A stretch of DNA of 64,000 bases from Mobula hypostoma (taxonomy: Eukaryota). The position numbers and the translations under genes were made by a program. Positions 1-12,706 of the stretch are shown here, in pieces. Numbering within the stretch: position 1 is the stretch's first letter; every line of letters begins with the position of its first letter. The stretch covers positions 65,536,001 to 65,600,000 of the forward strand of contig NC_086097.1 of NCBI RefSeq assembly GCF_963921235.1, in the 5' to 3' direction. Below the pieces are notes generated by a model that had not been told where the DNA came from, did no database searches, and was given only the letters and a program-made list of their open reading frames with translations.

Positions 1-432
1 TCCCTAAATTCTCTTTGCAGGACCTCCTCCTTCTTCCTATCCACGTCATTGGTCCCTGCATGGATCACAACACCTGGCTGCTCACCCTCCCTCTCGAGAA
101 CACTGAGAACTCAATCCGAGATATCGCAGACCCTGGCACCAGGGAGGCAACAGACCATCTGGGATTCTCGATCTCTTCCACAAAACCTCTTATCTGTCCC
201 CCTAACTATCGAATCCCCTATTACTACTGCTCTCCTCTTTTCCCTCCTTCCCATCTGAGCTGAGGGTCCAATCTCGGTACCAGAGACACAACCATTGCAA
301 CTTGTCCCTGGTAGATCGTCCCCACCAACAGTATCCAAAACGGTATACTTATTATTGATGGGAACGGCCACAGGGGTGCACTGCTCATTCTGTCTATTCT
401 CTTTCCCTCTCCTGACAGTCACCCAGCTACCT
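1..432 (-). mobile_element. CR1 LINE fragment, ORF1 (SGNH/GDSL esterase region)
   Basis: ORF 111-503(-) contains RAVVIGDSIVRGTDKRFCG...VCCLPGARV, typical of the CR1 ORF1 esterase. Homologous to ~8100-8680 and ~31550-32220. Confidence 0.85.
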
Positions 433-469
433 GTCTCTTTGTTCCCACTCCATCTACAGATTTGCAGAC

Positions 470-910
470 GATACCACCGTAATGGCCATATCTCAAATAA
501 CAATCAGTCAGATGCCAGGAAGGAGATTGAGAGTTTAACAACATGGTGTTAATAACAACAACCTTTCTCTCAATGTCAGCAAAGCAAACGAGCTTGCCAT
601 TGATTTCTCCCATCAGGCAGATATTAAAAACATGATGACAAGTACCACCAGGCTCAAGGACAGCTTCCAGTTCACTATTATAAAACTATTGAAATAGTTC
701 CTTAATATGGTAAGATGGACTGTTGTCCTGACAATGTACCTCATTATAGCCTTGCATCTTTCGTCTAAGTTCACTGTACTTTCTCTGTAGCTTTTATTGT
801 TTTAACTTGTATTACCTCAATACACTGTATAAAGAATGGACGTATATGAACAGAATGCAAGTCAAGCTTTTCACTGTATTTCAATCCATGTGAAAATAGT
901 AAACCAATTT
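470..910 (+). mobile_element. Degenerate Rex1/Babar-like LINE 3' fragment
   Basis: Contains 'accaccaggctcaaggacagcttc' (RT C-terminus) and a 3' UTR that resembles 57720-57920. Confidence 0.6.
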
Positions 911-1296
911 TGACTCCTTCCCTTTAACCATTCACTTCTTGAACCAACTAGCACAGTCTTAATCACTACAGTTTAGTAACACTGTCTATTTTGATCACTT
1001 GGCACCAAAATGGACTTCAGTTTTCTAATGTTCTAATTCCATTCTTACTTGTCAAAATTGTGCATAATTTGTTCATTTCATTATGAATGCTGTTCATCTG
1101 ATGCCATGTGCATGTCATGCTGCTACAAGTTTTTCATTGTACCTGCGCATGCAATTTTGACTTTAACTTTTTTGCAGTTGTCAAATAGCCAAAAATCTCA
1201 TTCTTATTTGATATGAATGAACAGATGGAAAAGATTTCCATTCAATAACAAGCTAGTGAAAACACATAGGGAACAAGTTCGGCAGAAGTATATGTA

Positions 1297-3051
1297 CAAG
1301 GGGTGATTGATAAGTTCGTGGCCTAAGGGTAGGCGTCAATTTTAGAAAACCTAGCACATTTATTTTTTCCTACATTTACACACTTAATCCAGTGGTCGTG
1401 GAGCATACAAATCCCTTCTTCCCTCCAGAAAGTGTAGCAAATGCTAAGGTAGAAGGAGATGATTCAAAGATTCAAAAAACTTTCTTGTCATTCTAACCGT
1501 ACATCAGCTCTGCAGGGCAGAATGAGACAGCGTTTCCCAGGAGCAGTGCAATCATAACATAACAAACGCAACACTAAATAATAAACATAACAATAAATAG
1601 TAAAACATGTCAGTTAAAATCAAGTTATAAGTGTCCAGTGCAAGTTAGAAGTGTCCAAAGCAGAGTCAGGTAGAGCAGCTATTTAGCAGTCTGACTACCT
1701 GTGGGAGGAAGCTGTTTAGTAGCCTTGTGGTTTTAGTTTTGATGCTGCTGTAACGCTTGCCTGATGGCAGAAGAACAAACAGTTCATGGAGAGGGTGTGA
1801 GGGGTCTTTAATGAAGTACCGTGTCTTCTGGAGGCATCGATTCTGAAAGAGGTCTTGGACAGAAGGTAGAGAGACCCCAATAACCTTCTCTGCTCCCCTA
1901 ACCACCCTCTGCAAGGCTTTTTTGTCGACAGCACTGCAGCTGGAGAACCAGGTGGTGATGCAAAAGGTCAGCACACTCTCAACCACGCCTCTGTAGAATG
2001 TAGTTAAGATGTTAGTGGGGAGTGATGCTTGTTTAGGCTTCCTCAGAAAGTGCAATCTCTGCTGGGCCTGTTTCCCAATCCCAGTGGTGTTCCTGGACCA
2101 GGTGAGATTGTCCGAGATCTGCACCCAAGGAACTTGATGTTTTCCACTCTCCCCACTGTGGAGCCGTTGATGCTGAGGGGTGTATACTCAGGCTCAGACC
2201 CAGACCGTCTGAAATCGACGATCATCTCCTTGGTTTTGGTGACATTAAGCATCAAGTTGTTATCCCTGCACCAGCTCTCTAGGTATTTGACCTCCTCCCT
2301 GTACATTGTTTCATCATTTTTGCTGATGAGCCCCACCACTGTGGTATCATCTACAAATTTAATGATCAGGTTCTCCTTGAATCTGGCTGCCCAGTCATGT
2401 GTTAGCAGTGTAAACAGCAATGGGCTAAGCACACAGCCTTGTGGGGATCCGGCGCTCAGTGTGATGGAGTCAGAGATGTTCCTGCCAACATGGACTGACT
2501 GTGGTCTCTCTGTCAAGAAATCCAGAATCCAGCGACACGTGGCAGTGCTAAGGCCAAGCAGCGACAGTTTCTCCACTAGTCTCTGCGGGATGATGGTACT
2601 GAAAGCTGAACTGAAATCAATGTACAGGATTCTGGCATAAGTGTCTTTGTTGTCCAAGTGAGAGAGAACTGTGTGCAGTGTTGTGGATATTGCGTCCTCT
2701 GTCGAGCGATTTGGACGATAAGCAAACTGTAGAAGATCCAGCGATGAGGGGAGGCTGGCTGTGAGTTATTAACTTCAAACTTTCTGCATAATCACTCAAA
2801 GAGTTGAACTGCATGTGTACGTAACGTGGGCTGTATAACTAATCTCGTTCTACCTTAAGCCACAAACTTATCAATCACCCCTGCTGTGAACCACTTTCTG
2901 GAGGTCCAAGATGCCGACTTCTACAAAGAATGGATCCGTATGCTCCACGACCGCTGGACTAAGTGTGTAAATGCAGGAGGAGACTATGTTGAAAAATAAA
3001 TGTGCTAGGTTTTCTAAAAATGATTCCTTCTAACTTATCAATCACCCCTCA
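1297..3051. mobile_element. Non-autonomous mariner-like element (fold-back of right ends), interrupted by a LINE
   Basis: TA|CAAGGGGTGATTGATAAGTT ... AACTTATCAATCACCCCTCA|TA. 2919-2999 encodes FYKEWIRMLHDRWTKCVNAGGDYVEK*, a mariner transposase C-terminus, and an inverted copy of it lies at ~1360-1420. Confidence 0.8.
1461..2760 (-). mobile_element. Rex1/Babar-like LINE, 5'-truncated and frameshifted
   Basis: ORFs 2043-2657 and 1666-2124 show RT motifs [37 protein letters not shown], then ...PSHPLHELF.LLPSGKRY. Short (TTGAATC)-type tail at ~1461-1475. Confidence 0.9.
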
Positions 3052-3505
3052 TAAAAGAAGAACTTATTGAGGTTATCTATAAACTGGCACTGTGATGCAG
3101 AATAAGTGGGAGGAAGATATGTTTAAGGCAGTTTTTTTTTTACAGTTCCCAACTAAATTTGATAGTTTGTGAATATCAAATACTTAATGAAGTGAGGATA
3201 GTGTCAATGTGCATGCAGCTGGTTGTTGGTGTTGAGAAAGACTTGGCAGACTGCCTGGAGACAGACGATCTGCCCCACACTGTCATCTACTCATATTTCA
3301 TTTCAGAAACTAGATTTAGTTTCATTTATATGACACAACAGCTCCATTTGGTTTAACTATCTTACATCATGAAAACACAAAAAAAATCTAAATAAACAGA
3401 AAAATATCAACCATTGCATTGTGTACAGGTTCTTTAGTGTTGCCACTTGAAAACAGTCAAACTAGCGGGTTATATTTTATAGAAAACAACGACTGCCAGT
3501 TAATA

Positions 3506-4841
3506 ACAGGAATTCTGCAGATGCTGGAAATTCAAGCAACATACATCACTATTCCTCTTCTCACCCTGTCCTGACTCTCACAGCTATCTGGACTATTCCT
3601 CTTCTCACCCTGTCTCTTGCAAAAACGCCATCCCCTTCTCGCAATTCCTCCGTCTCCGCCGCATCTGCTCTCAGGATGAGGCTTTTCATTCTAGGATGAG
3701 GGAGATGTCTTCATTTTTTAAAGAAAGGGGCTTCACTTCCTCCACTATCAACTCTGCTCTTAAACGCATCTCCCCCATTTCACGTACATCTGCTCTCACT
3801 CCATCCTCTCACCACCCCACTAAGAATAGGGTTCCCCTGGTCCTCACCTACCACCCCACCAGCCTCCGGGTCCAACATATTATTCTCCGTAACTTCCGCC
3901 ACCTCCAACGGGATCCCACCACTAAGCACATCTTTCCCTCCCCCCCTCTCTCTGCATTCCACAGGGATCGCTCCCTACACAACTCCCTTGTCCATTCTTT
4001 CCCCCCATCCCTCCCCACTGATCTCCCTCCTGGCACTTATCCGTGTAAGCGGAACAAGTGCTACACATGCCCTTACACTTCCTCCCTTACCACCATTCAG
4101 GGCCCCAAACAGTCCTTCCAGGTGAGGCATCACTTCACCTGTGAGTCGACTGGGGTGATATACTGTGTCCGGTGCTCCCGATGTGGCCTTTTATATATTG
4201 GTGAGACCCGACGCAGACTGGGAGACCGCTTTGCTGAACATCTATGTTCTGTCCGCCAGAGAAAGCAGAATCTCCCAGTGGCCACACATTTTAATTCCAC
4301 GTCCCATTCCCATTCTGACATGTCTATCCACGGCCTCCTCTACTGTAAAGATGAAGCCACACTCAGGTTGGAGGAACAACACCTTATATTCCATCTGGGT
4401 AGCCTCCAACCTGATGGCATGAACATTGACTTCTCTAACTTCCGCTAAGGCCCCACCTCCCCCTCGTACCCCATCTGTTACTCATTTTTATGCACACATT
4501 CTTTCTCTCACTCTCCTTTTTCTCCCTCTGTCCCTCTGAATATACCTCTTGCCCATCCTCTGGGACACCCCCCCCCCTTGTCTTTCTTCCCGGACCTCCT
4601 GTCCCATGATCCTCTCGTATCCCCTTTTGCCTATCACCTGTCCAGCTCTCGGCTCTATCCCTCCCCCTCCTGTCTTCTCCTATCATTTTGCATCTCCCCC
4701 TCCCCCTCCAGCTTTCAAATCCCTTACTCACTCTTCCTTCAGTTAGTCCTGACGAAGGGTCTCGGCCTGAAACGTCGACTGCGCCTCTTCCTATAGATGC
4801 TGCTTGGCCTGCTGCGTTTACCAGCAACTTTGATGTATGTT
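3506..4841 (+). mobile_element. Penelope-like element: RT thumb + GIY-YIG endonuclease + pLTR, with a short inverted 3' end at the left
   Basis: ORF 3696-4448: CKRNKCYTC...GVIYCVRCSRCGLLYIGETRRRLGDRFAEH...PDGMN. Perfect 15 bp TSD GACTGCCAGTTAATA (3491-3505 / 4842-4856). Confidence 0.93.
4743..4781 (+). ncRNA. Minimal type-I hammerhead ribozyme motif in PLE pLTR
   Basis: AGTC-CTGACGA-AGG(gtctcgg)CCT-GAAAC-GTC^GACT: conserved core boxes, stems I and II, short palindromic stem III and a GUC cleavage triplet. Confidence 0.85.
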
Positions 4842-5275
4842 GACTGCCAGTTAATAGCAGCTTCTCATACAACAATGTATCTAAGGTCATACCACATGGG
4901 AACCCTGCTCTTGTAAATAGACTTCACTTGCATGCACTGCTTCCATTTTAAAATATATTCCATTTTATAATATATTCGTACAAAGCGTCAACTTTTTACA
5001 GTTGTCATTTTACAGAAATTTCCACTTGAAATTCAACCAACATGCAAATTCACTCAATTTTGTGGATACTTGTTTGCAGCAAGCACTGCTTCAACAGAAG
5101 TCTTCATGCACTGTAATACATATTCTTGAACATCTCCCTTCTAGAGTCACTTTTATACATACTTAGTACAAGATGAGGCTCAAAGCACGTCAATAACTTA
5201 AGTTATAATTATACATTGAGCTTAATTCATAACTAAGTACTATGAACTCAGTCACAAACTTAGCACCTCCCTTTG

Positions 5276-6294
5276 CAAGCAACACACATCAAAGTTGCTG
5301 GTGAACGCAGCAGGCCGGGCAGCATCTCTAGGAAGAGGTACAGTCGACATTTCCGGCCCAGACCCTTCGTCAGGACTAACTGAAAGAAGAGCTAGTAAGA
5401 GATTTGAAAGTGGGAGGGGGAGGGGGAGATCCAAAATGATAGGAGAAGACAGGAGAGGGAGGGATGGAGCCAAGAGTTGGACAGTTGATTGGCAAAAAGG
5501 TTATGAGAGGATCATGGGACAGGAGGCCCAGGGAGAAAGAAAAGGGGGAGGGGGGGAACCCAGAGGACGGGCAAGTGGTATAATGACAGGGACAGAGGGA
5601 GAAAAAGGAGAGAGAGAGAAAGAATGTGTGTATATAAATAAATGACGGATGGGGTACGAGGGGGAGGTGGGGCATTAGCGGAAGCTTGAGAAGTCAATGT
5701 TCATGCCATCAGGTTGGAGGCTACCCAGACGGAATATAAGGTGTTGTTCCTCCAACCTGAGTGTGGCTTCATCTTTACTGTAGAGGAGGCCGTGGACAGA
5801 CATATCAGAATGGGAATGGGATGTGGAATTAAAATGTGTGGCCACTAGGAGATCCTGCTTTCTCTGGCGGACAGAGCATAGGTGTTCAGCGAAGCGATCT
5901 CCCAGTCTGCGTCGGGTCTCGCCAATGTATAGAAGGCCACATTTTTCTCCCTCTGTCCCCCTCACTATACCCCTTGCCCATCCTCTGGACTCCCCCCCCC
6001 CTTTCTCTCTCCCTAGGCCTCCTGTCCCGTGATCCTGTCATATCCCTTTTGCCAATCAACTGTCCAGCTCTTGGCTCCATCCCTCCCCCTCCTGTCTTCT
6101 CCTATCATTTCGGATTTCCCCCTCCCAGTTTCAAATCTCTTACTAGCTCTTCTTTCAGTTAGTCCTGACGAAGGGTCTTGGCCCAAAACGTCGACTGTAC
6201 CTCTTCCTAGAGATGCTGCATGGCCTCCTGTGTTCACCAGTAACTTTTATGTGTGTCGCTTGAAATTCCAGCATTTGCAGATTTCCTCATGTTT
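5276..6294. mobile_element. PLE, inverted composite (minus arm 5276-5941 with GIY-YIG end; plus arm 5942-6294 with 3' UTR/pLTR)
   Basis: ORF 5675-5965(-) has GLLYIGETRRRLGDRFAEH. Both ends carry pLTR/hammerhead sequence (5341-5380 minus; 6159-6197 plus, GAAA mutated to AAAA). Confidence 0.88.
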
Positions 6295-6422
6295 ATGAAT
6301 TTAACAATCTTCTTTCATTATTGGATATGGAATAATGTTCAGGATTTCCATTTCCAAAAGGTATACCTACAGTATATTGTAATACATTAAGAGTACAAGC
6401 CAGAAGGGGTCAACAAAAGCAG

Positions 6423-8685
6423 GACCATAAGATACAGATGCAGAATTAGGTCATTTAGCCCATCAAGTCTGCTTTGCCATTCAATCATGGTTGACCCCTT
6501 CCCCCCTTCTTAGCCCCACTCCCCAGCCTTCTCCCCATAACCTTTGATGCCACATCCAATCAAGAACCTATCAATCTCTGCCTTAAATACACCCAATGAC
6601 CTGGCCTCCACAACTGTCTGTGGGAATACAATCCACAAATTCACTACCTTCTGGCTAAAGAAATTTCTCAAGCATCTCTCTTTTAAATGGACACCCCTCT
6701 ATACTGAGACTGTGCCCTCTTGTCCTAGACTCCTCTACCATATTTTTTCTATATATTTGAAAAAAGCTTTTGCTATCTACTTGAATATTGTTTGCTAGTT
6801 TGCTTTCCTATTTCATCTTCTCCCTCCTAATGATTCTTTTAGTTGCTTTCTGTAGGGTTTTAAAAGCTTCCCAGTCCTCTGTCTTCTCACTAATTTTCAT
6901 TTTGTTGTATGCCCTCTCTTTCGCTTTTACATTAGCTTTCACTTCCCTTTTCAGCCATAGTTGTACTATTTTGCCAATTGAGTCTTTCTTTGTTTTTGGA
7001 ATACATCTATCCTGCACTTTCCTCATTTTCCCCAGAAACTCATGTCATTGCTGTTCTGCTGTCATTCCTGCCAACATTTCCTTCCAATTTACTTTGGCCA
7101 ACTCCTCTCTCATAACACTGTAATTTCCTTTACTCCACTAAAATACTGTTACTTCAGACTTTATTTTCTCCCTATCAAATTTCAAGTTGAACTCAATCAT
7201 ATTGTGATCACTGTCTCCTAAGGGTTCTTTTACCTTGTGCTTCCTAATCACCTCTGATTCATTACATAACACCCAATCCAGTATAGCTGATCCCCTAGCA
7301 GGCACAACTAACTGCTCTAAAAAACCATCTGACAGGCATTCAACAAGCTCACTCTCTTGAGATCTATTACCAACCTGATTTTCCCCAATCGACCTGCATG
7401 TTGAAATATCCCATGACTATTATAACATTGCCCTTTTAAGACACCTTTTCTATTTCTTCCCCTTGTAACCTGGGGTCCACATCCCAGCTACTGTTGGGAG
7501 GCCTATATACAACTGTCATCAGGGTCCTTTTTCCTTGCAGTTTCTTAACTCAACCCACAAGGATTCAACATCTTTCTCTTGATTTATGCCATTCTTTACC
7601 AGCACATCCACGCCACCCGCTTTGTCCACCTTCCTAGCCCTCCAATGCCAAGTGTAACTTTGAACACTCAGCTTCCAACTACAACCATTCTTCAGCCACA
7701 ATTCAGTGATGGCCACAACATCATCCCTGATATTCTGTAAAAGTGCAACAAGATTGTCCACCTTATTTCTTATACTCCGTGCATTGAGATAACACTGAAT
7801 ACTGCATTTGCTACACTTTTTGATTCTGCATCCCTAATACACTAATAGTCACTCTACTGGTTGTAATTATGTCCCATCATCTGCCTTCCCTTCCTGACAG
7901 CCTGACTGCACACTATCTCTACTTTTTTACCATCCGTCCTATCCGGAGTCCCTTTTCTCCAGTTCCCAACCCCCTGCCAAATTAGTTTAAACCCTCCCCA
8001 ACAGCTCTAACAAACCTGCCCATGAGAATATTGGTTCCCCTCAGGTTCAGGTGCAACATGTCACTTTTGAACAGGTCGTACCTTCCCCAGAAGAGATCCC
8101 AATGATCAAAGAACATGAAGCCCTCACTCCTGCACCAGCTTCTCAGCCATGAATTAATCTACCAAATCATCTTATTTCTACCCTCACTGGTGCACGGCAA
8201 AGCCAGCAATCCAGAAATTACTACCCAGGAGGTCCTGCTTCTCAGCATCCGACCCAGCTCTCTAAATTCTCTTTTCAGGACATCTTTGCTTTTCCTTCCT
8301 GTGTCATTGGTACCAATATGTACCAAGACATCTGGCTGCTCTCCCTTCCTCTCCAAAAATGTTGTGGATTCACTCTGAGACATCCCTGACCCTGACAACA
8401 GGAAGGCAACCATTTTGGTGTCCCATTCTCATCCACGGAATCTCCTGTCTGTTCCCCTGACTACTGAGTCCCCTGTCACTACTGCTCCCCCTTCCCCTTC
8501 TGCACTACAGACCTATGCTCAGTGTCAGTAACCCGGTCTCTGTGGCATTCCCCTGGGAGGTCATCCTCCACAACAGTATCCAAAACTATATTCTTATTAT
8601 TGAGGGGAATGGCCACCGGATGCACTGCACTACCTGCCTATTCACATTTCCATTTCTCCTGACAGTCACCCAGCTACTCACCTCC
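6423..8685 (-). mobile_element. CR1 LINE, decayed, with a large internal deletion in ORF2
   Basis: CR1 3' tail at 6423, jump at ~6740 to the post-endonuclease region, APE fragment (VAITELWL...VESLWVELRN) and ORF1 esterase (VLVHIGTNDTG). Confidence 0.88.
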
Positions 8686-8899
8686 AAGATGTACATAAGT
8701 ATGTCCACAATAGCAAGTTGCATACATTCAGAGAGACCACTAGAGGCAATGCAAGGTTGTCAGATAAAGATCCAAAATAAAAAAAAAATCAGTGAGGGCA
8801 AGAGATGGCATATAGAAGAATGACAAAGATGATGAACTGAGATAACTGAAGGAAAAGTGAACGATGTAGTTTATGGATGATAGGAAAAAGAAACAGCCT

Positions 8900-9262
8900 G
8901 AGTGTTTGAGAACTGCACACCTCCCTTATTTGTTTCCATGAACTATATTCCTTTCCTATCAGATTTATTCTGCAGCTTTCCGTTACTTCTACCTGTCAGC
9001 TCCAGAGCTCTATCACAATTTCCACTCTTCCCCTTCCATCTACCTGTCACTTCTCACCTGGATGCACCTATTGCTTACCAGCTCTCCCTTCACACGTTCC
9101 CCTCACCTCTTAATACTAATCATCTCTCCCACCCCCCCACCGATCTTTCAGTCCAGATAAAGAGCCTCAACCCACAGATGTGCCTGACCTGCCAAGTTCC
9201 TCCAGCAGTTTGATATTTTTTTTTAAACTCATGTTCTAATATCTGTAACGTCTTGTGCCTCT
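8900..9262 (+). mobile_element. Old PLE 3' UTR/pLTR remnant
   Basis: Pyrimidine-rich UTR followed by 'cagtccagataaagagcctcaaccc...tgcctgacctgccaagttcctccagcagtttg'. Confidence 0.55.
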
Positions 9263-9608
9263 AATTTATACTGTACATTGTTTGCATTTGTTAAAGGGCA
9301 TTCAGCAAATGAAAAGGATCTTTAAAGTATATAAAAATGAGGCCAGATTATTAATACTGCCTCAAAAGTAGCTCAGAGAGAAAAATAAAAATCACGGATG
9401 ACCTTTGCCAGTACCATTCGCACTCTGTTCTGGGAATTTCTTGGAGGTCCTGGATGGGGCAGAGAAGGAACCACCAAGCAAAACATTGAATGGAAAATTC
9501 ATTGCCCCTCTCACTCCTGATCCCACTTTTCACTAGCTATGCAAGAATGACAGATACAAAGATTACAAAATCAATTCACAACACAAAAAAAAAATCCTTA
9601 TGCTACAG

Positions 9609-11327
9609 CAGGGTTCCCCAATTAGTTTTCTATGAGGGCCAAATTATGTCAAGCATGCCAAGCCAAGGGCCAAAACGTCCAGGGTTTTTTTTCATTGCGA
9701 CAGTAAGTTGTTTTATGGGCAGATGTTGTTGTTGCTGCCATTACCATTAGTAGTAGTAGTAGTAATAATAATAATAGTGGTAGTAGTAATAATTTAGGCC
9801 TGGGATTCTCAAAGCCTGTGGTGTGGGTCACACAAGAAAAAAAATGCACTCTTTAAACAAAATAAGTCCAAAACTAACCATTTAATTATGACTCTAGCTA
9901 TCACAACTATCAGCTGTCACATTGAGAACTCATCTGGGACTTAAAATACATACACATAAACACACACACAAAACATGGTAGTCTTCAACCACTTCTCTTC
10001 CACACAAAGAGTTTTAGTAGTACTGCCTTTTCCACTGTTTCTGTTCTCTCATTTAATCTATTTGTTCTTATTAAGCTATGTAGCATTTGAAATATGAAGT
10101 GTAGCTATAAATGAAATTATCAGTATTATTGTTGTTGTAATATTATACCACAATAAGATTGACAAATGGACAAAAATAAATTGATTCACTCACCAATCAG
10201 TGAGAGATGTGACAGCGGTGGGATGAGGCAATCCTTCTGATGTCGGGCCTGTATTCTGTTGTGGCAATCCTGAGGCACTGGCCAAGATGTGTATTGAAGA
10301 GTGTTTCTGTCCTGGTTCTTGATAGAGTTCATTGAAGAAAACGATGACTCACATATGTACGTGGAGGGGAACAGTGAGAGTAGGAGCATTGCAATAGCTC
10401 TTGTGTTTTTGAATTGAGCTTGGAACCACGTTGATCCAAAAGTCACTCACCCCAACGTCCTTGTGTTGTGCTTTGAGCAAATCAAATGTTTCCATTTCCA
10501 AGACCTCCATCTGAAGAGTTAGCCAACAATGGCACCGTCTTTAATAGCTCCACAACCGTTTTCTTATCAGGACTTAAAACTTCGCCAACCATATCAATTG
10601 CACACATTTTACTCAACTCGACATCAGCGAATGGCTTCTTAGCTTTGGCAAGATTCCATGACACAAGCAATGATGCAGCTGTTGCGCCCTCTTGTGCAGA
10701 TGTTGACTTACAGATAGTAGAAACAGAATGCTTGTATGATGTTATCATATTTGCAATTTTTTGTTTGCGTTGGTCTGATTTTGCAGGGTAGTTGACATTA
10801 AAGCTGGCAGCATGCATAGTGTTGAAGTGCCGCTTTAGATTTTATTTGCAGATAGCTACAGACTGCATGCATATTAAGCATGTTGGTTTAGCAATGGCAT
10901 GGTCCAGTAAAATAAAAAACTCATCAGTCCAGTCAGATTTGAACTGACGGTTTTCTGATCAACTTTGCGCTTTTTCGCGCAGGCCATATTGCTCTTGTTT
11001 AGTGTCCATGACTTACTGCTGATAACAATTCGCTTAGATGACCAATTCGTCTTTAGATAACAGATTCGCTTCTTAGATGACAGGTGGGTAGCTGATGCGT
11101 GCCGCTGTCTAGTTGAGGACCATAGAGAGCGCGCAGTAGGTCTCGCGCTCTACGGAGGCACTCAAGTGTACGGTGTGGGATGAGGTTAAAATAAATTAGA
11201 GCAGCGTGTGCTTTATTTACATGTTATGACAGGTGTGTTCACCTAAGTGCCAATGGGTCGGCGCGGTCCAGATATTTGGTTCTCGCGGTCTGGATCTGGC
11301 CCGTGGTCCACCTATTGAGGTTGTCTG
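9609..11327 (-). mobile_element. hAT (Charlie group) DNA transposon, internally deleted; transposase of the GTF2IRD2/EPM2AIP1-like type
   Basis: CAGGGTTCCCCAA...CTG termini with 8 bp TSD TGCTACAG/CGCTACAG. Minus-strand remnants: MACAKKRKVD N-terminus, 'ATAASLLVSWNLAKAKKPF' and the dimerisation motif 'LFPSTYICESSFSSMNSIK'. Internal (TAG/TAA)n at ~9748-9792. Confidence 0.85.
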
Positions 11328-11593
11328 CGCTACAGTATGTCCAAAAAATTTAATTTCAGAGAAAAATTAATATGTTAAAATTGGCTACATCTATCATCTT
11401 GGATTGGAAATAATTTTAAGTAATGGCTTTAAAATTCACCTGACTCATGCTGTTAATTGAAACTGTAACTATCATGTTTACCACCATCTCACAATACATG
11501 ACATGAATGTATTGTTTTGTCAAAGTAGTACAGTATAAAAATATAGTATAAATTACAAAATAAACACTGTAAAAAGACTGGAATATTGAGGTC

Positions 11594-11900
11594 GGATAAA
11601 CACTTCTTGGGCTTCCAGCCAAGTACAGGTATTGATTTTGACTGACTTTAGAAGGTCTCACTTCAAGTAAAAACTGGAATTCAATTGTAAACAAGGTAGG
11701 ACAGTGTAGTTGGATGAGGACTAACCACTGTCGACAGGGGGTATAAATACCACCAGACTAAGCATACCTAGGCATCATCCCTGATGAAGATGGCAGAGTT
11801 TGCCATCAAAATGTTGATTAAAATCAATACCTGTAGCCGGCTGGAAGCCTGTGAAGAGCTTATTCGTCATACACACAGAGAAAGCACAAGATCCTTTTTC
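11594..11900 (+). mobile_element. Second PLE family: pLTR with inverted left end and degenerate hammerhead
   Basis: 11 bp TSD ATATTGAGGTC (11583-11593 / 11901-11911). 11594-11645 is the reverse complement of ~11818-11867. CTGATGA-A-GATGGCA(gagtt)TGCCATC-AAAA at 11781-11811. Confidence 0.72.
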
Positions 11901-12706
11901 ATATTGAGGTCATGTTCCTGAATCATGAAGTGCGAAGCTTCAGGCTCATGTACCCTCACAATTCTAAGAAAAGGGATGGTCTCAAATGAAAATCGTTAAT
12001 GCCAGGTGCTACCTTCTTCAGGCAGTGCCTCTTGAAGATATCCTCATTGGTGGGGAGGGTTGTGATCATGACTGGGCAGGCTTAGTCTACAACTCTGCAG
12101 CCTCGTGTGATCCTGCACACTGAAGCTTACATACCAGGCAGTGAACAAATTACAAAGTCATTGATCAAATTAAAAGATGCAAATATTTAAGCTTTAATAT
12201 GTAGCAACTGTCTAAAGTGTGTCACTGAAAGCAAGGGAAAAAATCTAGAACAGCATGGCAAATACATTTGTAAAGATTACCAAATCTGATCATGCATGTC
12301 TTGTAAGCAAAGAGATGAGAGGTAGGTGGTGTGGGAAGTTTCCAGAGAGTAAAACAGATTCTGAATGGTACCAGCAATGATAAAGTGAGAAGATGGATGG
12401 GAAAGGTGAGAGATACCACAAAACTTGCAAAAAAAGATAAAAGAAAGAACAAGGTGTTAAGATTTATGGCACCAGTAGAGACAACTAAGAGGCAGTGTTT
12501 CAAGAGAGACACTTTACTTGGCCTAAAGCCTTAAGAACAATGAACATATCCAACCAAAAAATGTGTGTAGGTGAAGAAAGATTTCAGTATTAAAGGCACA
12601 AGGGCAGTCATTAAAACTAAGATTGAACTTAGAGGACATGTAATAGATTACATGCTTTTACAATTCCAGTACATGCTAATAGATGCACTAAGTGTGGAAG
12701 AAAACA

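Noticed and set aside
3696..4448. 250 aa GIY-YIG ORF as a host nuclease gene or homing endonuclease
   Set aside because: It is the C-terminus of a 5'-truncated PLE with a TSD and has several near-identical copies in the window.
5055..5141. Possible minus-strand exon (KGDVQEYVLQCMKTSVEAVLAANK)
   Set aside because: No polypyrimidine tract and no recognisable homology.
10186..11010. GTF2IRD2/EPM2AIP1-like host gene
   Set aside because: Internally deleted and frameshifted, inside hAT termini with an 8 bp TSD.
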